A DNA stretch of 64,000 nt from Gammaproteobacteria bacterium (GTDB lineage: Bacteria > Pseudomonadota > Gammaproteobacteria > Eutrophobiales > Eutrophobiaceae). Location of the stretch: contig CBDCDS010000003.1 of assembly GCA_965215365.1 (NCBI GenBank), positions 128,001-192,000 of the forward strand. Reading direction: 5' to 3'. Both the position numbers and the translations under genes were made by a program. Below the pieces are notes generated by a model. The model made no database searches. It had not been told where the DNA came from and worked only from the letters and a program-made list of their open reading frames with translations. How positions within the stretch are numbered: the first letter of the stretch is position 1; each line of letters opens with the position of its first letter. Positions 19,443 through 29,305 of the stretch are shown piece by piece.

Positions 19443-20648
19443 TTACGCCGGCGCCGGTTGCACGGCTACCGGCTCGTCCCGTATCGGCCAGTGCAGCAGC
19501 GCGGCAATAAGGCCCAGCAAAACGGCCAGTTGCCACATCAGGGTATAGGAACCAGTCGCCTCGAACAGGTAGCCGCCCAGCCACGCGCCCAGAAAGCTGC
19601 CCAGCTGGTGGCTGAAGAACACGATGCCGAACAGCGTGCCGCCGTAACGCACTCCGAAAATGTCGGACACCAGGCCGCTGGTCAACGGAATTGTGCCCAA
19701 CCAAAGCAGGCCCATGGCGGCGGCAAACAGCCCCAGGGTCAACTCACTCAGAGGCAGGGCGATGAACAGCGCGATCACCAGCGCCCGGCCCAGGTAGAGC
19801 CCGCTCAACAGGTATTTTTTCCGGTAACGCCCCCCATACAGGCCGGCCAGATAAGTGCCGAGGATATTGAATATCCCGATCAGACCCAGTGCGAATGCGG
19901 CGCGCATGGGCGCTATGGCGGAGTCATGCAGAAACGCCGGCAGGTGGGTGGCGATAAAAGCCACGTGAAACCCGCATACCAGGAAGCCGCAATTCAGCAG
20001 CCAGTAGCCGGAATGCGCGCCAGCGCTACGTAGCGCCTGCGACAGGGTCTCGCCGGGCACATTTTCGCCACTGGCCTCAGTGCCGGTCTGCCGCTGGAAT
20101 ATCAGGGTCAGCAGCGGTACGATCATGACGCAGGCGGCGAGGATCAGGAACGCTACGCTCCAGCCATACAGCCCGATGAACAACTGGCTGAGCGGCACAA
20201 AGGAGAACATCCCGAACGACCCGCCGGCCGAGACGATGCCGAATGCCAGACTGCGCTTTTCCGGCGTTACCAGCCGACCGATTGCGCTCAATACCACGGT
20301 AAACGTGGTGCCGCTCATGGCCAGCCCGACCAGCATCCCCAGGCTCAGGTGCAGACCGGTCGCAGTTGACGTGAACGCGGTGAGAACCAGACCGGCCATG
20401 TACATCAGGCTGGACAGGATCAGCATGCGATAGCTGCCGTACTTGTCCGTCAGCATCCCGGCCAATGGTTGTGCCAGGCCCCAGATCAGGTTCTGAATGG
20501 CAATAGTCAGCCCGAACGTGGTGCGGGTCAATTCCAGGTCGGTCACCACCGGCTGCAGGAACACGCCGAACGACTGCCGGATACCCATACTCACGGCAAC
20601 GATAGTGCCGCCAACGAGTATCAGCAAAACGAATTGAGACTGGCGCAT
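19443..20648 (-). CDS. MFS transporter
   Basis: About 12 TM helices; GIRQSFGVF, GFLVCGFHVAFIATHLP, HQLGSFLGAWLGG. Confidence 0.92.
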   Translation of the reverse strand: MRQSQFVLLILVGGTIVAVSMGIRQSFGVFLQPVVTDLELTRTTFGLTIAIQNLIWGLAQPLAGMLTDKYGSYRMLILSSLMYMAGLVLTAFTSTATGLHLSLGMLVGLAMSGTTFTVVLSAIGRLVTPEKRSLAFGIVSAGGSFGMFSFVPLSQLFIGLYGWSVAFLILAACVMIVPLLTLIFQRQTGTEASGENVPGETLSQALRSAGAHSGYWLLNCGFLVCGFHVAFIATHLPAFLHDSAIAPMRAAFALGLIGIFNILGTYLAGLYGGRYRKKYLLSGLYLGRALVIALFIALPLSELTLGLFAAAMGLLWLGTIPLTSGLVSDIFGVRYGGTLFGIVFFSHQLGSFLGAWLGGYLFEATGSYTLMWQLAVLLGLIAALLHWPIRDEPVAVQPAPA

Positions 20649-20712
20649 AGTTGTTCGGTTACGTCCGGCGGGGTAATGACCTTGTCGAGCTGCCGGCTAT
20701 TTCCGGTCACGT

Positions 20713-21783
20713 TCAGTGCCGGGAGCACACCGGCGGTGCTTGTTCGTCCAGGTTCAGCAGCCTGAAATAGTTCTCTCCCAGCGCGATGTTGCGGAAGGCG
20801 GCGTCATCAAGGTAGCCGATGATGCGACTGGTGGCCTCAAGTTCCTCTTTGTACACGTCGAAATTCTTGTTGCCGGAGGCAACAAAATCAGTGCCGGGTA
20901 GCACCCGGTCGGAGTAGGCGTTCAGGAACGGCACGTAGCGCGTCCGTTTGGCCGGATCGGAAAAGATATTATCTTCGAGCACGCGCCAGGAAATATCGAC
21001 CATGAGTTTCGGATACTGGTCCAACAGCACTTTCAGAATGTTGATGTGCGTGTCCGCAGAAATATCGACCAGCTCCCTAGACAGGCCAAGATGCATCCAG
21101 ATGATGCGGTTGTCGGGATAGCGTTTTAACAGCTCCTCAATCCAGGTCAGGTATCGGGTCGGTTCCTCATCGTTGCCCAGATCCGAGTGGATGGCGATGG
21201 GCATATCACGCGCACGTAATTCTGCCATAAACGGTTCCCATTCCCTGATTTTCTCCAGCGGCACAGGTTCATGTCCATTGCCGTACAGCGCCTGCTTGAC
21301 CAGATTGACTTCCCCCATCCACCTGAACAGTCCGGGAAACTCCCGGTCCAGCAAGCGCATGCCGGCCAGTACGGTTTCCGGACTGGCAAGGTCAGGAAAA
21401 GTCATGGACAAGGTGGCATGCACAGAACTTGTGCCCTCGGCCAGGTAACTCAGCGCGTTGGCAAAATCATTCTTCAGGGTCGGCGTCACCGGCGTGCCGG
21501 GACAATCGAGATAATAGGTGCAACTCGAGGTAATCGGCAGCATTTGTCCGATTCCATAAATGTTCACAAAACGCACCCCGGTTTGTTCCAGATACCCGAT
21601 TACCTCTGCAAACGGCAGCGACGGTCCGCCGAAAGGACGAAAGTGCAAATGAGTATCCACCACAGTCGTAACCGGCTGCGCGCCGCGCGCAAAGCACGCA
21701 CGCGCCGCTGCGTCAATATCCGAGGCCCGCACATCCGCAAGGCCACACCCGAAAACAACCAGCACCACGACGCGCGCCAGCAT
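20713..21783 (-). CDS. Secreted amidohydrolase-family metal-dependent hydrolase
   Basis: DTHLH, GEVN, IHSD, WMHLG, GTDFV motifs; signal-like MLARVVVLVVF start. Confidence 0.75.
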   Translation of the reverse strand: MLARVVVLVVFGCGLADVRASDIDAAARACFARGAQPVTTVVDTHLHFRPFGGPSLPFAEVIGYLEQTGVRFVNIYGIGQMLPITSSCTYYLDCPGTPVTPTLKNDFANALSYLAEGTSSVHATLSMTFPDLASPETVLAGMRLLDREFPGLFRWMGEVNLVKQALYGNGHEPVPLEKIREWEPFMAELRARDMPIAIHSDLGNDEEPTRYLTWIEELLKRYPDNRIIWMHLGLSRELVDISADTHINILKVLLDQYPKLMVDISWRVLEDNIFSDPAKRTRYVPFLNAYSDRVLPGTDFVASGNKNFDVYKEELEATSRIIGYLDDAAFRNIALGENYFRLLNLDEQAPPVCSRH

Positions 21784-21944
21784 CAGCTTGCCACAGCGCA
21801 GATGTTCATAAAGCATAGTGCGCACATTATATTTCAAAATTGCACACATAGTCGCTCAGATTTAGGCAGTGTATCATTGATTAAATACCGACGAATGAAT
21901 AGATATTGTGTATGATGTTCAGCCAAGCTATCGAATTAGAGAAC

Positions 21945-22205
21945 AAGTATGAAGATGATGCTGATGATGTGCATCATCTGCGCGAAGTCACCATGGCAGC
22001 CATACCCAACGGCAGGCTACAGAAAAGGTACAATCCCGACGCTGACGACGGTATCTGGTTGGCGGGAAGGAATGCCCCTACGCTGGGGGAAGATTTCAGG
22101 GTGAGAGTGAGTTTCAGCAGGTTAAAATCGAAGGCAGCATGGCGAGTTCAAACCCTGACTTATGATGAGTCAGATCAGGGGTGTGCAGGGTCATGGCACT
22201 CATAG
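21945..22205 (+). pseudogene. C-terminal remnant of an SfiI-family type II restriction endonuclease
   Basis: PNGRLQKRYNPD...AGRNAPTLGEDFRVRVSFSRLK...WRVQTLTY resembles the SfiI C-terminus (from memory); no N-terminal catalytic part; directly upstream of an m4C MTase. Confidence 0.65.
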
Positions 22206-23203
22206 ATATTTCAAAAAAACTGGAGCCTGATAATATTTATTGTGGCGACAGCAGGGTGCTGCTAAAAGGAATTGAAGCAGAATCCATCTCTCTAAGTGTT
22301 TGGTCTCCCCCGTACCATGTTGGAAAAAATTATGAGAAAGATCTTACTTTTACTGAGTGGAAAGCATTGCTGAGAGAGATCATCCATTCCCACTTTCCTG
22401 TTATAAAACCAGGTGGTTTCCTGGTCATTAACATCGCCGACATCTTATGTTTCAAAGATGATTCCATGCCCAGGATAATGGCAGAAAACGTATCCCGAAG
22501 AAAAGTGGCTCTCTCCAGGGAAGAAATAATCAGGATCATGAAAAAATATCCGGATTGGAACAGACATAAATTGGCCAGTCATTTTAATTGTAGTGAGCAA
22601 ACGATAGACAGGCGACTTAACGGCAACAATGTAAGGGGAGGTAAATATCAGTCTCAGACGCGCGTTTGTCTGGTGGGTGGTTTTATTGAAAAAGCAGCTT
22701 CGGAGGCTGGTTTTTATCTGTATGATCGTCGTATCTGGCTTAAAGATGCGGCTTGGGAAAATTCAAAGTGGCATACCATATCCTATCGCTCAGTGGATGA
22801 ATCCGAATATATTTACATATTCTGGAAACCCGGTATCACAAAGGTAGATCGGGCGAGATTGACCAGGGAAGAATGGATTAACTGGGGTTCCAGGGGAGTC
22901 TGGGAGATTTCGTCGGTTCGCAGTAACTCAGATCATGATTCAAAATTCCCGGTCGAGCTACCCAGAAGGGCAATCAGACTTTTTACTGATCCGGGCGAAG
23001 TAGTGCTCGATTGTTTTGTCGGCAGCGGCACCAGCGTAGTTGCCGCCTTTAGTGAGGACAGGCAATACATCGGCATAGACAAGGAAAGCACATCTGTGGA
23101 AATTGCTCGGAAAGCCGTGGAATCGTTGCATGGACGCAAAAAAGAATCGGTGCAGATGGAGTTAATGATTCGAGATATCGAAGCTGTTTATAATGCAGGG
23201 TGA
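22193..23203 (+). CDS. N4-cytosine DNA methyltransferase (beta class) with internal HTH-like insert
   Basis: SPPY motif precedes DCFVGSGTS; HDSKFP; lower GC than flanks. Confidence 0.9.
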   Translation: MALIDISKKLEPDNIYCGDSRVLLKGIEAESISLSVWSPPYHVGKNYEKDLTFTEWKALLREIIHSHFPVIKPGGFLVINIADILCFKDDSMPRIMAENVSRRKVALSREEIIRIMKKYPDWNRHKLASHFNCSEQTIDRRLNGNNVRGGKYQSQTRVCLVGGFIEKAASEAGFYLYDRRIWLKDAAWENSKWHTISYRSVDESEYIYIFWKPGITKVDRARLTREEWINWGSRGVWEISSVRSNSDHDSKFPVELPRRAIRLFTDPGEVVLDCFVGSGTSVVAAFSEDRQYIGIDKESTSVEIARKAVESLHGRKKESVQMELMIRDIEAVYNAG

Positions 23204-23856
23204 TAACTTCAAAACGAGACAGAGAACAGATTATGGAAATTTCCTTAAACGACTTCAGCTATTTTTTTCAACTTACCGGCAACGACGGCGGCCTTGCGTC
23301 GATGGAAATGCAATTCAGGCCTCATCTGTACAAAGGACAGGATGTTGACGACATAAAGGCGGCGACTCGCAGTTGCATGGACAGATATCTGGAGGTGCTT
23401 GAGCCGCTTTTTAGCGATGTTATTGATGGAAAAAAGGAACCTCAATTAACCGACAGTCCCGATCACGTCACCACCGGTTACCTTTACCGGGGACGTTTTA
23501 AGAAGAGGTGGCTGCGCGCGCCCGAGAAAGGCCTGGTGGCTATATTCGGGGAGGCGGCACTGGAACCGCACAGTGGCATTTCCCAATACCAAGAACAGGA
23601 AGTCAGGGTCTTGTATTCCTTTTACAAGGACGTGAATCGCCTCAGTGATGTGACCGTGAATATCAGGTTTAATGTGAGTCACATCCTGAACGTATGTTTT
23701 TTTCGGTTTACTCAAGGGCTGGAACAGATTCACCTTGGGCAAAAAGCCAGCGCCAACATGCAGCAACTTGAAGAAACGCTGAAAATCGTGACCGAACGGA
23801 AAAATGTGGATTATTACGACATGATGACACGTTCATTGGGCAGGGACTCGGGTTAA
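23200..23856 (+). CDS. Hypothetical protein
   Basis: 218 aa ORF overlapping the MTase stop. Confidence 0.6.
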   Translation: MITSKRDREQIMEISLNDFSYFFQLTGNDGGLASMEMQFRPHLYKGQDVDDIKAATRSCMDRYLEVLEPLFSDVIDGKKEPQLTDSPDHVTTGYLYRGRFKKRWLRAPEKGLVAIFGEAALEPHSGISQYQEQEVRVLYSFYKDVNRLSDVTVNIRFNVSHILNVCFFRFTQGLEQIHLGQKASANMQQLEETLKIVTERKNVDYYDMMTRSLGRDSG

Positions 23857-23877
23857 CAGACGCGGAGACACTCGATC

Positions 23878-23971
23878 ATGAACGGTATTCACGATATAGG
23901 CGGCATGGACAACATGGGCCCGGTGCCTATCGAAACCAGCGAGCCGGTGTTCCATGCGGATTGAGAAGCGT
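23878..23971 (+). pseudogene. nthB: 5' remnant of nitrile hydratase beta subunit
   Basis: GGAGA SD; MNGIHDIGGMDNMGPVPIETSEPVFHAD then TGA; the conserved WEKR is broken (GAT-T-GAG-AAG-CGT). Confidence 0.8.
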
Positions 23972-24142
23972 TGGCGCAACGCAAACATGCGGTGCAGGCA
24001 GCACATCAGCGCCAGCATGAACACAGCCATTGAATTGGACGGAATAACAACATCAGTGTGGCCTTATACCATTTCCGCAACAACGGGAATCCGGTAAAAT
24101 AGCGCTTCTGGCAGGGACACTTCATTCTCAACCCCCCCGGAG

Positions 24143-24655
24143 GTGGCTATGTTTTCACAAGAAGACAAGAAGTTTTTTTATAACTACTCGATCGTGATCG
24201 GTCTGCTGGCCGTGGCGATCATCCTGTTCCTGGTGATGGCGCTCTACCTGGGCGTCGATGAGGATGCCGTGGCGCGCAAGCAGGCGACCAAGGTGTCTGC
24301 GAATACCGTGCCGGTAGGCGTGGTAAGTCTGGTCGGCGAGGAAACTGCGGCAATAGCGGTGGCTACCGTTACTGAGGTAGCCACTATCGAGACCCCGGCC
24401 GAGATGGGAGAGCGAGTGTATAAGGGTCTGTGTATCTCCTGCCACAATGGCCTGCCCAATATTCCCAAAGTCGGAGACATCGCCGCCTGGGAAAGTCGCA
24501 TTGCCCAGGGAATGGCGCTGCTGTATGAGCGCGCCATCACGGGCTTTATCAGCGAAGGAGGCGTCATTGCCATGCCGCCCAAAGGTGGCAACATGAACCT
24601 GACAGATGAAGAAGTAAAGGCCGCCGTGGACTACATGGTGGCGAACAGCCAATAA
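24143..24655 (+). CDS. Cytochrome c5 family, membrane anchored
   Basis: CISCH haem motif; PKVGDIAAWESR; MPPKGG. Confidence 0.92.
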   Translation: MAMFSQEDKKFFYNYSIVIGLLAVAIILFLVMALYLGVDEDAVARKQATKVSANTVPVGVVSLVGEETAAIAVATVTEVATIETPAEMGERVYKGLCISCHNGLPNIPKVGDIAAWESRIAQGMALLYERAITGFISEGGVIAMPPKGGNMNLTDEEVKAAVDYMVANSQ

Positions 24656-24705
24656 CCCAGTTCCGGCGGTAGGCCGACTTCCCACTATTTCCAGGCCGTC
24701 TGTCC

Positions 24706-25587
24706 ATGCGCGCCCTGCTGGTATTTGTCGTAGTCTTTGTCAGCGCCATCCTTGCCGGCACCCTGCTTGCTTACCCCGTTTATGAGTTTTTTTCCTCATT
24801 CGGCGCATTACCGTTCAGGAAGGTAGTTTCCCGTACTACGCAGCTCAGCGGCCTGCTGTTCAGCCTGCTCTATTTTTGCTACTACCGCGGCTTGTCGTTA
24901 CAAGGGCTGGGACTGCGCTTGCGGCGCGGCCACATCCGCTTGTTGCAAGGGCTGGCGGCGGGCTATGCCATGGTCGCGATCATCGAAGTCACCCTGGTGT
25001 TGTTGGGTATCCACGACCTCAATGAAAGCCGGTTATTCTCGTTCTCAAGCCTGTTTCCGGGCCTGTTGCAACTGTTGTTCACGGGGCTGCTGACCGGCCT
25101 GCTGGTAGCTGTTATTGAAGAGATTATGTTCCGGGGCGCTCTGCTTGGCGGGTTGTCCCGACAGACTCATCAGGCCGTTGCCCTGATACTGGTAAGTCTG
25201 GTTTATGCCGCAGTCCATTACCTGAAATTCCGCGACCTGCCAGCGGATGCGGCCATTCACTGGTACACCGGCATTACCATGCTGCCCGCAGCTCTGTTCC
25301 AGTTCGCCGACCCGGCCCGCTACGATGCCATGCTCACCCTGTTTTTCCTGGGCCTGCTGCTGGGTCTGATACGCCTGTACACCGGCAACCTGTTACTGTG
25401 TATTGGTTTCCACGCCGGGGTAGTCAGCGCAGAAAAACTGGTCCAGCACGTTGTTGACTTCATGCCCTACAGCCCGCATGCCCACCTGGTCAACCGCTTC
25501 GACCCGTTCGTGGGCAATCTGGCCTCGGTATGGTTACTGGCCTTCAGCGTATTGTTTTATTTCATCTGCCGCCGCCGGTGCCGGTGA
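24706..25587 (+). CDS. CPBP (CAAX/Abi-family) intramembrane metalloprotease
   Basis: EEIMFRG, YAAVH, IGFHAG motifs; multi-TM. Confidence 0.88.
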   Translation: MRALLVFVVVFVSAILAGTLLAYPVYEFFSSFGALPFRKVVSRTTQLSGLLFSLLYFCYYRGLSLQGLGLRLRRGHIRLLQGLAAGYAMVAIIEVTLVLLGIHDLNESRLFSFSSLFPGLLQLLFTGLLTGLLVAVIEEIMFRGALLGGLSRQTHQAVALILVSLVYAAVHYLKFRDLPADAAIHWYTGITMLPAALFQFADPARYDAMLTLFFLGLLLGLIRLYTGNLLLCIGFHAGVVSAEKLVQHVVDFMPYSPHAHLVNRFDPFVGNLASVWLLAFSVLFYFICRRRCR

Positions 25588-25635
25588 GCGAGCAGGTGCC
25601 CATAACCTAAAGGGCGGTCAAAACCCTTGCCCTGT

Positions 25636-26265
25636 TCACCCGCTCTCCTGCGCGGCATAACCAAACACCTTGGGACGAAAGCCCTTGTCATTGATGATGC
25701 TGGCGCTGGCGCCGGTGGCGCGGATGACGAACAGTCCCTGCCGTATCGCATAGGTCTGCACCGACCGGTCTGCCTTCAGGTAGGCCACTGCCCCGTACAG
25801 CCGTTTGTCCTCTAAGCCGCGTGCATACGGGGCAAACTTGTGCAGCTTCATCACGAAATAATCCACGTCATCCACCCGCAACGTGGTCTTAACCTCCACC
25901 ACCACCGCCTCGGCGCCATTGTTGGCGACGATGTCAAACTCACAGCGGTCACTGTCGTAGCGCACCGGCCAACGGGTGTCGGTCTCATCCACCCTGATAC
26001 CCCGCTCTTCGAGCAGGGGAATCAGGTCGCCCTCCACCAGACTCTCGATCAACGTGCCCCATTGGTTGGAGAATAACGTATCGAGCTTCTTGAAGCGCTG
26101 ATCGAAGTAGCGGTCGCGGCGGGCGTTTTCTTTTATTCGCCGTTCGGTCTCTTTTGCTTGTTCCTTCAATAGCCGGTCGAGATCCTGCTGCGCTGCGCGT
26201 AATTCCTGCATGCCAGCCCAGAACGCCTCAGGCGTGGCGTGTTCATGCAGTGTTTTGTTGTCCAT
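25636..26265 (-). CDS. DUF3782-like coiled-coil plus PD-(D/E)XK nuclease-fold protein
   Basis: GGAGGT SD; coiled coil, WGTLIESLV, EFDIVA...VVEVKT. Confidence 0.75.
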   Translation of the reverse strand: MDNKTLHEHATPEAFWAGMQELRAAQQDLDRLLKEQAKETERRIKENARRDRYFDQRFKKLDTLFSNQWGTLIESLVEGDLIPLLEERGIRVDETDTRWPVRYDSDRCEFDIVANNGAEAVVVEVKTTLRVDDVDYFVMKLHKFAPYARGLEDKRLYGAVAYLKADRSVQTYAIRQGLFVIRATGASASIINDKGFRPKVFGYAAQESG

Positions 26266-26396
26266 GACAGATACCTCCGTATCGGTTAGGTTGATGGGTT
26301 TGATAAAGCGGGCGGCAGCGAATGCAATCGCACCACCCACTGCGGTATTTTACACGGGTGCAGTGGGTGATGCAAGCTTTGACCTGCTCTGGTGCA

Positions 26397-26424
26397 TTGT
26401 CGAATGCTCATTTCAGGATATAAT
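26397..26424 (+). promoter_or_regulatory. Putative sigma70 promoter of the TPR-lolB-ispE operon
   Basis: TTGTCG, 16 bp spacer, TATAAT (26419-26424). Confidence 0.45.
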
Positions 26425-26439
26425 CGCGAGGGTATCTAG

Positions 26440-26678
26440 CCCGCATATCTCACCAAGTGATGCGAAGATCGCGCCGGATTGGTTCTGCCTGCGGGTGCCT
26501 GCGCCCGAAACCATAGCGGTAGCTATGGTTGAGGAAGCACGTGCCCGCAGGCAGAACCAGGACCAGCGAGGGCGCATCAAGCGCAGTGTGTTATGTGGAA
26601 AGAGTAGCAGTATTACCATAACTTATTGAGAGAGATAATGTTTCACAAGGCAACAAGCGACTTGGTGAGATCTGCGGG
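26440..26678. mobile_element. MITE copy (239 bp) with perfect CTAG target duplication
   Basis: CTAG-CCCGCATATCTCACCAAGT...ACTTGGTGAGATCTGCGGG-CTAG. Confidence 0.92.
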
Positions 26679-26692
26679 CTAGTGAACCGGCC

Positions 26693-28453
26693 ATGAAAAC
26701 ATCTCAGCGCCTTGCAAAAATCGCCCTGCCGGGCTTTATCGCACTCGTGGTGGCGTCTTGCGCGCCGACCAGGCAGGGCCCGGTGACACCCACCGCGCCT
26801 GAGCCGGTTGGCGCAAGTGGCGCACCGCCGGCCCGCAGCACCCGGGTGGAGCCGGTGCGCCCGCAGCTTGAACTGACCGAAGACCTGCTCTATAAACTGC
26901 TGCTTGCCGAAGTCGCAGGACACCGGGGTCGACTGGATATATCCATCGAGAATTACCTGAGCCTGGCCCGCAGCACCCGCGACCACCGGCTAGTTGAGCG
27001 CGCCGCGCGCATCGCAGTCTATGCCCGGGACGACGCCGCGGCGCTGACGGCGGCCCGCATCTGGGTGGAACTGGACCCGCACAATCCCGACCCGCACCAG
27101 GTGCTGGCCATTATGAAACTGCGTTCCGGCGACTTGGGCCAGGCGGTCACGCACCTGCAGGATATTTTCTCTTATTCCGCGGGCGCCTCCGACGAAAAGC
27201 TATGGATGATCGCCAACCTGCTCGGCAGTGAGAAAGACAAGGGCGCGGTGCTGGAGGTGATGGACAAGCTGGTAGCCTCGCAGGATAATTCTGCCGGCGC
27301 CTTGTATGCCTTCGCCCATGTTGCCGCGCGGCTGGAAGACTTGGAACGGGCGCGAAAATTGCTCGAAGACACCCTGGAGCTGGCGCCGGATAATGACAAT
27401 GCGGCGCTCAGCTATATCTCCATTCTGCAACGGCTGGAGCGCCGCCAGGAAGCCTTGTCATGGTTGCAACAGGAACTGGCGCGGCGCGGGGAAAATGGCT
27501 TTAACCTGCGCATGGCCTATGCGCGGCTGCTGATGGAAGTCAGGCAGTATGACAAGGCCTTGTCCCAGTTTGAGTTGCTCAGTGCCCGTGAACCTGAAAA
27601 CACGGACGTGTTATATGCCCTGGGATTGTTATACCTGCAAAGCAATCGTCTTGAGCAGTCCGAGACTTTGTTCAAAAAGCTGTCTAGGCAGGACCACCTG
27701 ACGGACTCCGCCAATTATTACCTTGGGCGCATTGCGGAGGAAAAGCGCAACTATAACGAAGCCGGCGCCTGGTATCAGGGCGTGCATAAAGGTGAGCACT
27801 ATTTTGACGCGCAGATCCGGCTCGCCATGCTATTGGCGCGCGACGGCCGGCTGGACGCGGCGCGCAAGCACCTGCGCTCCATCCGCCCACAAAGCGCGCA
27901 ACAGGCGCTGGCCCTGATCCGGGCCGAGGGCGATATGCTCATCGCGGCGGAACAGTATGAAGCGGCGGTTGCAATTTACACCCGGGCGCTGGGAGACCGC
28001 TATGATGCCGACTTGTTGTATGCCCGGGCCATGGCCGCAGAAAAACTCGGGCGGCTGGACCTGCTGGAGGCAGACCTCAGAGCCATACTCGAACGGGAAC
28101 CGGAGCACGCCCAGGCCCTGAACGCACTGGGCTACACCCTGGCAGATGCCACCGACCGCTACGACGAAGCCTACAATTTGATCAAGCAGGCCCTGGCGCT
28201 GAGGCCCACCGACTTTTATATCCTGGACAGCATGGGTTGGGTGCTGTACCGGCTGGGGCGGCTCGATGAGGCGATTGAATACCTGAGAAAAGCCCTCAGC
28301 ATCCGCCAGGACCCGGAAATCGCCGCACACCTGGGCGAGGTGCTGTGGGTCAGGGGGGAACGGGAGCAGGCCATGCAGGTCTGGGAAGCGGCCTTGCAAC
28401 AAACTCCCGAAGACAGCCGCTTGCTGGACGTGATTGAACGGTTCAATCCGTAA
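26693..28453 (+). CDS. TPR-repeat lipoprotein commonly found upstream of lolB
   Basis: Lipobox VASC; TPRs; ALNALGYTLAD, DSMGWVLYRLG, EIAAHLGEVLW. Confidence 0.9.
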   Translation: MKTSQRLAKIALPGFIALVVASCAPTRQGPVTPTAPEPVGASGAPPARSTRVEPVRPQLELTEDLLYKLLLAEVAGHRGRLDISIENYLSLARSTRDHRLVERAARIAVYARDDAAALTAARIWVELDPHNPDPHQVLAIMKLRSGDLGQAVTHLQDIFSYSAGASDEKLWMIANLLGSEKDKGAVLEVMDKLVASQDNSAGALYAFAHVAARLEDLERARKLLEDTLELAPDNDNAALSYISILQRLERRQEALSWLQQELARRGENGFNLRMAYARLLMEVRQYDKALSQFELLSAREPENTDVLYALGLLYLQSNRLEQSETLFKKLSRQDHLTDSANYYLGRIAEEKRNYNEAGAWYQGVHKGEHYFDAQIRLAMLLARDGRLDAARKHLRSIRPQSAQQALALIRAEGDMLIAAEQYEAAVAIYTRALGDRYDADLLYARAMAAEKLGRLDLLEADLRAILEREPEHAQALNALGYTLADATDRYDEAYNLIKQALALRPTDFYILDSMGWVLYRLGRLDEAIEYLRKALSIRQDPEIAAHLGEVLWVRGEREQAMQVWEAALQQTPEDSRLLDVIERFNP

Positions 28454-28474
28454 GCCGGTCGCGTCATCATTTCC

Positions 28475-29305
28475 GTGCGCCTAACCCGCAGATCTCACCA
28501 AGTCGCTTGTTGCCTTGTGAAACATGGTTGCTCTCGATGAGTTATGATAATACTGCTGCTCTTTCCACATAACCCACTGCGCTTGATGCGCCCTCGCTGG
28601 TCTTGGTTCTGCCTGCGGGCACGTGCTTGTTCAACCATAGCTACCGCTATGGTTTCGGTCGCAGGCACCCGCAGGCAGCACCAATCCGGCGCGATCTTCG
28701 CATCACCCGGTGAGATCTGCGGGCTAGTCCCCGCGTTGCTGCTGGCAACTTTGCTGGCCGCCTGTGCACAGGCGCCGGTGGAACCTGCCATGACGCCCGT
28801 CTGGGAGGCGCGTAAGGATACCCTGATGCAGCTGCAAACCTGGGACCTGCAGGGCCGGATCGCGGTGCGCACGCCCGCCGACTCCGGCTCGGGTTCCTTG
28901 TACTGGACGCAGCAAGACGATGCCTACGCACTGCGGGTGGTTGCCCCGTTCTCCGGCGGCATGTATGAACTCACCGGCGCTAGCGGCGCGGTGTCATTAC
29001 TCACACCGGATAAAACCCTGTTGCAAGCCACGGACGCAGAGACGCTGCTGCAGCAAGCGGCAGGCTGGCATTTGCCGGTATCCGAACTGGTGTACTGGAT
29101 ACGGGGTGTACCGGCGCCGGCGCTGGCGGTGGAGCAACTGCTGCTGGACGCAGAAAACCGCATCACCACCCTGGGTCAGGGTGGTTGGTCGATACGTTAT
29201 AAAAGCTACACCGGCGTCCGCGGCATCAGCCTGCCGGCAAGGCTGGACCTGGAAAACGAACGGGCGCGGGTACGCCTGTCGATCCGGGAATGGAAGTTGC
29301 CATGA
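28475..29305 (+). CDS. lolB: Lipoprotein insertase LolB with a MITE inserted at codon 3 (current start probably inside the MITE)
   Basis: Lipobox LAAC; WDLQGRIAV, LPVSELVYWIRG, GWSIRY, LPARL; overlaps the ispE start; reconstructed pre-insertion start GTG CGC CTA GTC. Confidence 0.88.
28485..28723. mobile_element. MITE copy (239 bp) inside the lolB 5' end
   Basis: CTAA-CCCGCAGATCTCACC...GGTGAGATCTGCGGG-CTAG. Confidence 0.92.

Noticed and set aside
28538-28540. TGA readthrough or selenocysteine restoring full-length lolB
   Set aside because: Other MITE copies have TAA at this position, TGA is used as a normal stop across the window, and no SECIS-like hairpin was recognised.
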